64,000 nucleotides of DNA from Aplysia californica (Eukaryota). Shown here one piece after another: positions 39,101 through 49,900 of the stretch. The position numbers were made by a program, and so were the translations under genes. The stretch lies in the NCBI RefSeq assembly GCF_000002075.1, contig NW_004797650.1, forward strand, positions 298,249 to 362,248, given 5' to 3'. The notes below the pieces were generated by a model. The model made no database searches, had not been told where the DNA came from, and saw only the letters and a program-made list of their open reading frames with translations. Every line of letters starts with the position of its first letter. Position 1 is the first letter of the stretch.

Positions 39101-39819
39101 CTCGATTCGAAAAGTTAAATAGCCGTAGCATCTTTGTAGACAACCAAATTAATTTACTTTTGTGTTTTAACATCATTTTAAAACTTTGTTTTGGTCAATT
39201 TGATCGTCCACACCGATAGACAGTATTCAGAAAGAGACAGAGAGTGAGAGAAGAGGGGAGGAGTTGATCTTGCGAGAACTTCCGGGCGGGTGAGAATAGC
39301 CACTTTCGTCTAGAATAGACGATGATCTCTCGGCGCTTTTTCGGTAGTTCCCACCCCGCATTTGTTATTCGCCGGTTTTGGCCTCAAGAGTAGGGGGGTT
39401 TCAGGGGGGCTTGCCCCCCTGACCTAATAAAAACAAGGTGGGGGGTTTCACAATTTTACCACAATTTAATGTTTTGCAGTTGTTAGGTTTGACATCTTAG
39501 CTTGCCGCGAATCAAACGTATATAGATCTAGATGTAGGTCAGGCTCTATCAAATAAGGGGGGTGGGAACTACCGAAAAAGCGCCGATCTCTCTACTGACT
39601 CTACTCACAAGTTGTTGGATCGTGGAGAGATGCGTTCCATTTTGTGGTAAACTGAAAATGAGAATAAATATAGCCTCGGGAGAGCGGCTTGATTAAAAGT
39701 TCCTCCGTAAAGCTGTCCTTCTGTTTAGAAGAAACACTAGTCGACACCAGGAAGCAAAGGAAAACCTTGAAGTAAACAGAAACTGCCCGACACCGGGACC
39801 AGCCGCTGGTAGTCGCCAT
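27680..39819 (-). CDS. PIGT: GPI transamidase component PIG-T (Gpi16); 9 exons found, one inferred missing
   Basis: Minus-strand exons 39819-39609, 36256-36079, 35341-35104, 34771-34685, [missing phase 0 to 1 exon, probably in gap 33507-34225], 32964-32870, 31918-31714, 30250-30101, 29475-29229, 28681-28520, 27860-27680. Signal peptide, then [36 protein letters not shown]-like, [34 protein letters not shown] and [15 protein letters not shown]. Confidence 0.93.
28047..28248 (+). mobile_element. 3' UTR fragment of the same LINE
   Basis: Matches 13460-13640; 12-bp TSD acaacaggatag. Confidence 0.8.
28520..28681 (-). CDS. PIGT: PIGT exon (transmembrane segment)
   Basis: [40 protein letters not shown]. 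Confidence 0.93.
28738..28870. repeat. 55-bp tandem repeat (about 2.4 units)
   Basis: Unit tgtgaccgtgaatttctcaagcttgagtatt...aaacc. Confidence 0.85.
29229..29475 (-). CDS. PIGT: PIGT exon
   Basis: [18 protein letters not shown]...[16 protein letters not shown]. Confidence 0.92.
30101..30250 (-). CDS. PIGT: PIGT exon
   Basis: [15 protein letters not shown]...[16 protein letters not shown]. Confidence 0.9.
30405..31624. mobile_element. Non-autonomous hAT-like element
   Basis: Perfect 14-bp TIR CAGACCTGCCACTC; flanked by tgtaac on both sides (6 bp). Confidence 0.8.
30590..30633. repeat. (TG)n microsatellite
   Basis: Dinucleotide run. Confidence 0.9.
31714..31918 (-). CDS. PIGT: PIGT exon
   Basis: [11 protein letters not shown]...[11 protein letters not shown]. 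Confidence 0.88.
32168..32695 (+). mobile_element. tRNA-derived SINE (Deu/Nin-like domain), full length
   Basis: A box TGGCCTAGAGG, B box GGTTCGAATC; central CCTTCTCGGACAAGG...GTTAAAGATCC...AAGAGTAGG; stem-loop tail; 12-bp TSD gaacagggaaaa (32156-32167 and 32696-32707). Confidence 0.9.
32870..32964 (-). CDS. PIGT: PIGT exon
   Basis: [32 protein letters not shown]. Confidence 0.88.
33104..33156. repeat. (AG)n microsatellite
   Basis: Dinucleotide run. Confidence 0.9.
34370..34630 (+). mobile_element. Longer relative of the ~175-bp family with an internal long hairpin
   Basis: Shares the pyrimidine-rich body and the 3' stem-loop; extra 34460-34565 folds back on itself. Confidence 0.65.
34685..34771 (-). 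CDS. PIGT: PIGT exon 4
   Basis: [29 protein letters not shown]. Confidence 0.88.
35104..35341 (-). CDS. PIGT: PIGT exon 3
   Basis: [22 protein letters not shown]...[23 protein letters not shown]. Confidence 0.93.
35742..36007 (+). mobile_element. tRNA-derived SINE with Meta/MESC-like central domain
   Basis: A box TGGCAGAGCGG, B box GGTTCGAGCC, central CCACCCAGCAGTAATGGGTACCTGAC...AAAGCGGC...CTGGCCACCCTACC, (CTTTA)n tail. Confidence 0.8.
36079..36256 (-). CDS. PIGT: PIGT exon 2
   Basis: [13 protein letters not shown]...[11 protein letters not shown]. Confidence 0.92.
36400..37950 (-). mobile_element. Possible highly decayed LTR-retrotransposon pol remnant
   Basis: Weak fragments [16 protein letters not shown] (integrase-like) and [10 protein letters not shown] (RNase H-like); many stops and frameshifts. 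Confidence 0.3.
38912..38957. mobile_element. TIR-only hairpin (putative excision footprint)
   Basis: CACAGAATTCTACACT-16 nt-TGTAGAATTCTGTG; flanks cccttaac/ccgtgaac (6/8 match). Confidence 0.65.
39120..39312 (+). repeat. Interspersed repeat with CTATTCTCACCCGGGTGAGAATAG-type palindromes; second copy at 45390-45725
   Basis: Near-identical gccgtagcatctttgtagac...gatagacagtattcagaaagag blocks. Confidence 0.75.
39332..39584. mobile_element. Merlin-like MITE
   Basis: 26-bp TIR GGCGCTTTTTCGGTAGTTCCCACCCC; 8-bp TSD gatctctc. Confidence 0.85.
39609..39819 (-). CDS. PIGT: PIGT exon 1
   Basis: MATTSG...[27 protein letters not shown]; donor gtgagt. Confidence 0.9.
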
Positions 39820-40208
39820 TTTGTAAATTCAGCAGTGAAGAAAGACGCCGAGAAGGCTCGCAGAATTTGACCTTCGTTAACTACTTATTTCGCCACAATA
39901 ATGACTCGATGAGTCGACGTCTGTCATAGGCCTGTATTCCTGTATATTAGTAGTCCAAAAGAGAATGTCTGCACTTTAACTTTAAGCATGCATTTGGATA
40001 ACTGAAAGTCAGTCACAAAGTCAGGATAACAAAAACACGTAATCTTGGAACAAGAATGAAATGAAATTATGATTTAACACATCGGGTCAGTAGAACTATT
40101 GGCCAAACGGTCGGACGTCTGTTCACCTGCGCCTGACCCAAGGAGATTACTTACCTTGGCCTGGCCTGATCCCAAGCCTAGGCAAGCGATAATTATATTG
40201 CTCAGGTC

Positions 40209-40241
40209 CACAGAATTCTACACTTAGTATAGAATTATGTG
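40209..40241. mobile_element. TIR-only hairpin (putative excision footprint)
   Basis: 33 bp; perfect 8-bp TSD ctcaggtc. Confidence 0.8.
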
Positions 40242-40755
40242 CTCAGGTCACACATCATCATATCCAGACCTGAGAAAAAAAGACGGTTTCTTGCGTTTGC
40301 AGTAGCACATCCAGATCCATGCCCTAAACAAAAAATGGACAGAATTCCATGGTTTACAACAATTATTTATTTCTAAAGATTATTCTCTGTTTTAAAAAAA
40401 AATCCACCATTATCAGCAAAACAAAAAAACCCCAACTAAATTGAGTTCCGCTAGTATCTCTTAATCTACTCGGATCTGCTTATGAGGTAAAAATTAAGGT
40501 ACAGAGTAATGATCGGGGAGTAGGAGAAACAGTGGTGGGGTGCAATTGGTGCAAGCGCTCCACCTAACCTTCACCCCCCCCCCCCTCCTTCATAATTGTT
40601 CTAAGCCAGTCAGTGCTCTAGATCTACATTACTACATCCTTGCGATCCGCCACCCGCTGGCTGCGCCAGTGAAGAGACAGGCAGCGAGGACGTTTATGCT
40701 CGTCGCACCGCTTGCGGTAGTGTCTGCTGGGAGCAAGCAAAATCTTTGCACCAAA

Positions 40756-40785
40756 CACAGAATTCTACAAGTGTAGAATTCTGTG
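40756..40785. mobile_element. TIR-only hairpin (putative excision footprint)
   Basis: 30 bp; perfect 8-bp TSD gcaccaaa. Confidence 0.85.
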
Positions 40786-41833
40786 GCACCAAAGTAATTT
40801 TGTCACTGTAGATAGATAAATCAAGGGATCGTTCTTCCCGCACAAGAAGAAAGGTGCATGAAACTGCTCTTCGCAGCATCAGTTTGGTGCAAGCTAAGAA
40901 TTTGATCCACGTTTCCACTAGCCCATCTACTACACTAGTAGAATCTACGGTAACTCAATGAAGAATGGGTATCAAAAATTTTGTCTCCCTCTATTTTGTA
41001 GCAAGTCCTGGTGCTGCACGAAGTAATTAGAAATCTTTAAATCTTCTCAGGTTGTGAGCATAGTGAGTAGTTAGTATAGTTTCACTTTATTGCAACTTTT
41101 ATGCGGTTTCATATAGAAACAGTTGTAAATATCGATAGATGTAGATTACGGGATGTCCTGCAGATCCAAATTGACTTTCTCTAGAAATCTTAATAGCAGC
41201 TACTAAGCCTATTGCCCATTGAATCACTTTCCAATTATGCACCACCTTGTCTGCAACCCACGCGATGCCACTGAGGAGAAAATAATCTAGGAAGAATTAC
41301 GGGGATTATGATCAGCTGGTGGTCGACCTGCTTTATAGATCTAGATCCTCTAGTGTAGTTTGATCAGTATGGCATATGGCGCTTTAATAGTGAGCCCCTC
41401 AGCCTCTCTACAGTTTCAATTACCGCAGCAGATCTGAACACTTTCTAAAAGGTAGACAGGAAAAAAAAGTTCAGTTACTTAATGTACCAAACATTTTGTA
41501 AGGAGTCACATTATTTGTATTTGGTTGTTTGATCGAGTAAAGAGAAGCACATCGACACAATAATGGTCAGTTATAAGTGCTGGGGGAAAAGTTAGACAGA
41601 AGCAACAGAGGGAAAGTGTGAAGAACCAGGACCTATAGGCCTTAAGCCTAGACCAGGACCTAGTGGCACAGTCCCTCTAACCACTTGCACGTCATTGTTT
41701 TGCGCTGATCATCCATGGTGCTGATACATTAAATTATTATCTTAAAATTCTATTAAACTAGCCAATAACTAGGGACATTTTGTAACGAAGCACATTTAAA
41801 AAATAGGCAGAATAAAAAAAATAAATAATAAAA

Positions 41834-41840
<7 letters not shown>

Positions 41841-41903
<63 letters not shown>
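41841..41903. repeat. (TA)n microsatellite
   Basis: Pure dinucleotide run. Confidence 0.95.
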
Positions 41904-41906
<3 letters not shown>

Positions 41907-42484
41907 AATATTTAAATAACTACACACATAATACAAGTTAATGAAAAAACACAAACTTGATTTCCTCATCTTAAGTTTTGGGTAGCCTAATGTTCCAACA
42001 CAACGCCAATTTTACACAACCTGAAACACAAATACAAATATATGTATTTGTACAAAACATATAACGTCCCAACAGTGTCATATCTTGAATACTCAATTTC
42101 TTGGTAAGAGAAATGATTTTGATTCACAAATTCAGAGCAACGACCCTAATATGATAGCCGCTTTAGATAGCCGCGACATAGGCCTATTTGTAATGATTAT
42201 GTTTCACTACTCAATCAAGTTATAGAATTGTACAGGTTTTACTTCCTTACATTTCCAACCCCTTATTGCACGCCTTGCGATCGCTAGCAAAGTTAACTTC
42301 ATTTTAAAAAATCGTTTTATTTGTATTTTCGATGACGAGCATAGGGCTAATTCTAATTGAATATGTAGCCGCGTCCCAGAAGGATGCACGGAGCTTTACC
42401 CAACTAAACCAACTTGGCAAATGTACAAGGCAAGCAAAAAACGATAATTTAACCTTTATTTAACGAACAAAAACATGGCTTTGC

Positions 42485-42515
<31 letters not shown>

Positions 42516-43477
42516 GGTTGTCAGTTTGTTCTGTTTTGTTAATTTTTATAAATTACGTTATGTATATTTTTGAAAATCCGACATGAGTGCAACAAAAGTC
42601 AAAAGTAGCACTAAAGTATGGATAAGAAAAGTGACGAGAACATTTAACCCATTTGTACTCCAACTTTCCGATAAAATAGGGTTTAACAACCAAAGATTCT
42701 CTACGTACTATACTATACACACGTACAAAAATGTACTCGACCTTTCGCTTAACGTTTTGTTATTAAAATATATCCCTCTTGGACAAACACAGCTCCTGTA
42801 TAGGTCTAAGCTGTTAGAAGTATCAATGTTTTTAACCTTGAGCACTAGCACAGTAGACTCTAAAAAGGAAAACAAAAATAATTTCGGACAGTGTGCTTTG
42901 TTTTCACTACTCCAGTAAGCACTAAATAGGGCCTTTACATTATACACGTAACGGTCTATCTTTATGGGAAATTCTTCAATTCCCACTTATGTTTAAACTG
43001 TCTTAGTCTCAGATCGTTGGAGTAAAATGATAAAATTAATTGGAGGTTGACAAGAGCCAAAGACAGTACAAGACGATCTTAGCTGAGTGCCCTTTAAAAC
43101 TACCACAAATTATATATATTCTTCATTTACCTTCCATGAGTACATCCATGAGTACATGGGCAGACAGTTCTTAATTATTGTTATCGTTGTCATGTTCATT
43201 TTAATCACCACAATAATTATTAGGCCTACCATTTATACAATTTTATTAATGTTAGCAGATCATTATCATCATCCTTACCATTTTATCATCANNNNNNNNN
43301 NNNNNNNNNNNNNNNNNNNNNNNNNNNNNNNNNNNNNNNNNNNNNNNNNNNNNNNNNNNNNNNNNNNNNNNNNNNNNNNNNNNNNNNNNNNNNNNNNNNN
43401 NNNNNNNNNNNNNNNNNNNNNNNNNNNNNNNNNNNNNNNNNNNNNNNNNNNNNNNNNNNNNNNNNNNNNNNNNNNNN

Positions 43478-43670
43478 TTATTCGTTATCGTTATCATTCA
43501 TGATCATTATTACTATAGTTATCATTTTTTCATTAATATTAGTAGTAGTAGTATTTGTATTATTATTATTACTATATATTATTATTATTATCATCAATAT
43601 CATTATTATTACTATTATGATTATTATGATTATGGTTATGACTATGATTATGATTATGATTATGATTATG

Positions 43671-43711
<41 letters not shown>

Positions 43712-43722
43712 TATTATTATTT
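43478..43722. repeat. (ATT/ATG)n microsatellite next to an assembly gap
   Basis: Trinucleotide run. Confidence 0.9.
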
Positions 43723-43896
43723 GTCTTCATTTGTAGATCTAGCTGCTCTTTTAACTCACTTCGCTAGATCTACCTGGCTTCGGGTGCTTGCAGGACAGGA
43801 GGACTGAGTTCTCACTACTTCCGGTGTGTGTGCCAAATCCAGATTGTGGTGAAATAATTACCTTGTCACACAGCTGAATAAATCTTACTCTACGTG

Positions 43897-43968
43897 ATGC
43901 CTCCTAAAAAGAAATCGAATGAGCCCAGTAAAAAGACTGAACAGAAGAAGAAAGAGAAAACCATTGAG
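43897..43968 (+). CDS. ZC3H15: ZC3H15 exon 1
   Basis: [24 protein letters not shown]. Confidence 0.9.
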
Positions 43969-46900
43969 GTATTGTGACCACAGGTTCTTTAACAACAAAA
44001 AAGGGGGCAAAACTTGCACCAAGTCGACTACTAAACTAAACTAAGTCAAGACCTCCTAAGTAGATCGAATGCCTACCACCAAGTGTGTAGAGTGTAGAAA
44101 ATCTAGTGTAGCTCTTATGCCACAGTAGCAGTAGGCAGTAGGGTAGATGTAGATTCTAGTAGATCTAAGATCTAATGTAGATTGGGAAGATTGAACAATA
44201 CCGGACCACTTGTTACGACTTGTATTATTGCGCCTTGCGTGAGCCAGATTACTTCCATAACAACACCGCTCTGCCGCATGCGCTTCAATTCATGAGAGGA
44301 GGAAGGCTAGCATTGGATGGTCCGACATTCTTCATTCACACACATCTTGGAAGGGTGGGGTTCAAGGGGGGTCTCCCTCCTGACAATTCAAATCTTGGAG
44401 GGGTGGGGAGGGGGGGTCACCCCTGACAAACTACTTTATGAACAGATATATAGGCCTGCCGGTCCGAAATTCATCATTCCGGTTGTAAGAAGAGGGAAGT
44501 TGTTTGGGGGGTTCAGGGGGGTTTCCCCCCTGACAACGGTTGGGGATTTTTCATTGAGAGTTATAAAAATCGATGTTATCTCACAATGCTCTTCGAAGAA
44601 TGCCGGACCGCGCGGGGAAGGGAGAGGCGGTGGCTCGCGCGCTCGGTCTCGCGATGTTCCACACGCTGTGTTCTTTAGGCCCCGCCGTGCAGGCACATGA
44701 TCCGTGGTCTGGCATGCTTCGCTGTGGTCCGGAATGCTTCGCCGTGAATGCAGGCTCTTGGTTTAGCCTTAGGGCCTTAGGTGAAGTTTCCCGGACTAGG
44801 TAGGCCTACATTGTTGTCTAAATGAAGTATCCCGGACCACGGTACGGTTGAGAGAAGGATGCTGTACTACACAAATTAGTTCCTGCTAAATTCCATTAAA
44901 AATGATTTTGTAATTGTTTTTCATCTCAATTTCCCTTCCATACATTATAAAAATAGCATTACGATTTTTAAAAAGCCATTAACCGCTCTTTTAACTGTGC
45001 TGAACTCCTAAAATACCAGCGGTTGAGACATAGGCAAAAGTAGTCCCAGTCCGCTGGTCCGGTATTCTTCAATCTTACCTGTAGATTTCTAGATCTAGAA
45101 TCTAGCACCCTAAAATTTTATTCATTTTGTGTGTGTGATAGACTAGAGTGCCAACACTGACGGACACACAGATGACACAGTTCTAGATGTCTAGATCTAC
45201 ACTACACTACTACACTCTAGTGCGATTTTGTAGTTTCGTTCGTTAAAGTCAGGAGTGGGGGGGTTTCAGGGGGGCTTGTCCCCCTGACCGAATAAAAATA
45301 TGGAGGTGGGGGGGTTCAGGGGGGCATGCCCGACTGAATTTTATCCTAATTTGATGTTTTGCAGTTAGGTTGCATCCCTGCTCTTTGCCTGAGCCGTAGC
45401 ATCTTTGTAGACGACCAAATTAATTTACTTTTGTGTTTTAACATCATTTTTAAACTTTGTTTTGGTCAATTTGATCGTCCACACCGATAGACAGTATTCA
45501 GAAAGAGAAGAGGGGAGGAGTAGATCTTGCGAGAACTTCCGGGCAAATTTTTTCTTTGCTTTTATCCATTCGATCATACACACAGATAGAAAATATTCAG
45601 AAATTAGGAAAAGCAGGTCTTGTTTCACACCGGGTGAGAATAGCCTACGGTGGCAAGTCTCACCCGGGGTGAGAGGTCGATCGTATTTTTATTCTCACCC
45701 CGGGTGAGGATAGCCACTTCCTTCTAGATATCTAGGTCTAGTACTGTCTCGGCTGTCCGGACAAGTCGGCCAACCGCCTAAACAGTGTTGTTCCAACTCA
45801 AACAGTGTTGTTCCAACTCGTTTTGAAGCCAATTTTGAATGGATATAATCTTGTTAATTTATAAATCAATGTAATCTTTGCTGGGTAAATGCTAACAATT
45901 TAGTGTTTTGTTTCCCTTTCACCTGTTTTCATTGAATTTTTGCGACAGAGCCAGTTGAATCGAAAGTACGTCCCATCATTTTTCATGGTCTCCTTAACTT
46001 GAACTATGCATACTCCTAAGGTCATAGACATGCGCAGATGCTATAGGCCTCTTACTACGTCACATGACCTGTGACCGAAGGGAGAGGAGTTTTTGTGCCT
46101 TTTGTCTATTCTGGGAACAAGTTAAGGGGAAGCCCTTCTTGCATCTGGAGTGATGTGGTGGGAGGGCCGAGTCAACAGGACAAAAAATATTGCATGTCCA
46201 GGCTGTTCGGCCAGGGTTGGCCGAGCTTTGTGGATGCAGTTCGCGCATATCGGCCACGTGCACAATATTTTTGGCCAGCTCTATTTCTCCGAACATTCGG
46301 GAAAATAAACTAGAACTCTATTTTTCAGAACGGTTTCCATTCTCGAGATTTGTCTATAATAATTATGAGTGGGGTGGCCCATGTGAGTGTGTGCGTGTGT
46401 TTAGGCCTAACCTGTGAACGGGGGGGGGGGGGGATTTTTTTTTTTAACTTGAAGGACTTTTTTGGGGGGCTGGATGACTAAATGCAAAATAGGTTACTGC
46501 CAAGGTCGATCAGTCTTGTTTTCTCGCAGTACCTTTTGAAGGTATTTTCAAACAAAGTATAGTCCGGGAACGTTGCCCGAACCACAGCTGAAATATCTGA
46601 ATATTCAGACATTTAAAAATCTCTAGCTCTAGAAATTGAATTTGATGCATAAAATGGTTCTTCCCTGTCATCGCAGAATGAAAGATGACACTTAAATCTC
46701 GCAAATGAAAAAAAAACCTCGAGAACGGAAACCGTTCGGAGAAAGAGTTCAAGTTTATTTTCCCGAACGTTTTGAGAAATATTCACTTCGATGTGTTTTA
46801 AAAATATATTTTCAAGCTTATGGAGTTGCTTGAAGTTTCTTTTTATTTGACAGAAGGGTGTAAAATGGATTTCATAATTTGAATGAGTGGTTTTGAGGGT

Positions 46901-49900
46901 GATTGGGGTGAGACTTCGATGAGTGAATCATCATCAATGCCTTTCACCCCTGGCAGGGTACCTCTGTAGGCCACATATACAAACTCCTTCCATTTATCTC
47001 TGTCCTGGGCCATCGTTCCAAGTGAGCTTTATCTCTCTCAAGTCCCTTTCCACACGTGTCTCCTCCATGTTTCCCGTGGCCTACCCCTGCCTCGTGTTCC
47101 CTGCTGGTTCCGCACTGTGACTGTCTTTTGATGTTTCGGCTGGGCTTTCTTAAGGTGTGTCCGATCCATCGCTACTTTCTTTGTCCTATTTCTACTTCTC
47201 TTCTATCCTTTTGTCCCTGTCCTTTCCCACAGCTCTTCATTTCTTATTCTATCCTGCCACTTAATTCTTAGAATACTCCTCTTACATCTGTTGAAGAAAG
47301 TCTGGACTTTATTCAGTACTGTCTTTGTTGTCTTCCAAGTTTTGCTGCTGTAGAGGAGCACAGACTTGACGTTGGAGTTAAAGAGTTGAATCTTAATGCG
47401 CAGTGAGGTGTTGCTTGCTTTCCAGACTTTTGATAATTGATTGAATGCTGACCTTGCCTTTCAGTCCTTGCTTTAACATCTGCCTCGGTTCCACCTACTT
47501 TATTGTCGATGACACTTCCAAGGTAGGTAAACGAGTCCACTTTTTCCAGAGGTGTCTTCCATTGTCACAGCAGGGCTTGAAACTTTTACTAGTTTCACTA
47601 CTTTTGACTTGCCTAGATGTATTCGTAGGCCAACACTCCTTTATGGGCTGTTGAGTTCCTTGGTCTTTTCTTGAATCTGAGCATGTGTGTGAAAGAGCAG
47701 TACAAGGTCATCGGCAAAGTCCCAAGTCGTCCAGCTGCTGTCAAGGGATCCACTGTATTCCATTACGCTTGCCTCTGGTGGCTTCTTTCATGACCCAGTC
47801 TATTGCCAGTATGAAGAGAAAAGGTGAGAGCAAGCAACCTTGTCGCACTCATGTCTGTACCTGAAATGGTTCTGAGAGTTGTCCTTCGTGGAAGACTTGG
47901 CAGTTTGTTCCATCATAGGTGGCCTTCACAAGTTTGACGATTTTGTCAGATATTCTAGAATTCCGCATGAGTTTCCACAGAGTTTTCGGGTCCACTCTGT
48001 CAAACGCCTTTTCATAATCATTGAAGTGGTGAATTCCTTTCAAGCGATTGTTCAACAATGATGCGCAGAGTAGCGATCTGGTCCACACATGATCGCTTTT
48101 TGCAGAATCCTGCCTGGTTTCCTCAGAGCTTCTCATCTGTTGCCAGCTTGATTCTCTCCAGGAGTATCTCGTTGAAGACTTTCCCAGGTATGGACAGGAG
48201 TGTAATGCCTCTGTAGTTATTACAATCGCTGAGGTCTCCTTTCTTTGGCAGCTTGATTAGGTGGCCTTCCTTCCAGTCTGATGGTATTTCCTCCTTTTGC
48301 CAAACCTTTTCAAATAGAGCATAGAGAATTTCCACTAAGGTATCTTTATTAGCCTTAAGGGCTTCCGGTAGTATATGGTCAGGACCAGCTTCCTTGTGGG
48401 ACTTCAGTGATGTTATAGCTGCTGCAATTTCCTCTCTTGAAGGTGGTTCCATAACTATTGTGAGGTCGTTTCTGGCTGGAAGAATTTCTGGTTGGTTTTC
48501 TGAAGGTGGTCTGTTCAAGAGTTGATTAAAGTGTTCTCTCCATCGGTTAAGTTGGCCCTTTGGGTTGAAGATAGTCTTTCCCTCTTTGTCTTTCACTGGT
48601 AGAGTGGGCTTGCTGAACCTACCTGAAAGAGTTTTTGTTGTCTGGTGTACAATCCGCAAGTGTCAGTCTGTTGCTGCTTTCTCTGCCTTTTCAGCCAGGC
48701 CATTGAGGTAGGTATTCTTGTCCTTCTTGATGGAATTCTTTACCTCCCGGTTTACTTCGGTGTACTCTTGTTGGGCAGCGAGTTTCTCAGTTCGGGTACG
48801 GCTGTTGTCGACTTTGGCTTTCAGCTCTCTTCTTCTTTTGACTTTGTCTAGAGAGTCCTGTGAAGTCCATTCATTTATTGTCTTTGGGTTCTAGGGTGCT
48901 CTGGCAAGTTGCATTTACTGCCTCTTTTATCTTGTCCCAATGTTCGTTTACTTCACATTCATCCAGACCTTGAAGCGCTTGAAATCTGTGCTTCAGTTTC
49001 AACTTGGAACTCATTCTTCTTCACTGGGTCTTTCAGACGGCTCACTTCGTACTTTTGACGACTTCCAGTTGTGACTTGTGCATACTCTTCTCAGTTTCAG
49101 TTTCATCTTTCCAAGGATCAAATGGTGGTCTGATGTGACGTGTGCTCCTCGTTAGACTGCGACGTCCTCCAGTGAGCCAGAGGAGTGAATGTGGGCTGGG
49201 AAATTTTTTAGAATTAACTTTTATAATGCCATTTTCTTCTTCATCTCAGCTGAGTGCCCTCCTTCCTCTTCTTTTTCTTCACCTCAACCTTCCACCTCTT
49301 GTAAGGACATACATTCTTTGACCTCTTCAGCTGAGCCAAACTGTCGACCCTGTGTCTGCTGCCATTTCTGTCTAATCTCTTAATATAATAGATGTTTTCC
49401 AGATTTCACAAACGCCTTGTGTGCTGGTGTGGAAAGGACGAGTTTTACGAAAGGTGCCAAATATGGCTTTAACCAGTGAAGAAACAATGACAATTTTAAA
49501 GAAATGGAAGAAGCAGAACTGAGTGAGGAGAGGAAGAAGGGAGAAAAGCAGCCAATGAAGAGAAGAAGAGAAGGTGGAGAAGAAAAGCAGAGAAAGACTG
49601 AGGAAAGAAGGATGAAATGAGAAAAAAGAGAGGTAAAGAGATGGAGAAGGCTGCAAAACGTTTGAGGTTTTAGGTAATTAGTAGCAGTGAGGGTGAAGCA
49701 ACTACATGCATTTGAGTGATGAGTGATGTGATGCTTACAGCCACATGCATTTAATATAAATGAACAGTTAGACATATACAACAATAATAATCTTAAGCTA
49801 AATTCAGTATTCTTTACAATGTAGCCCCCAGAACCCCGGCTGAATTTTCCTTACTTTTCAACTTCAGCTGTTGGAAGCACTGCATTTTGTATAACTTTCT

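Larger units (their letters stand above)
39810..43896. promoter_or_regulatory. Divergent PIGT/ZC3H15 upstream region
   Basis: Head-to-head start codons; ETS-like ACTTCCGGT near 43817 upstream of the ZC3H15 ATG; YY1-like AAAATGGCG overlapping the PIGT ATG. Confidence 0.55.

Noticed and set aside
43500-43736. Ile/Met-rich ORF
   Set aside because: Translation of an (ATT/ATG)n microsatellite.
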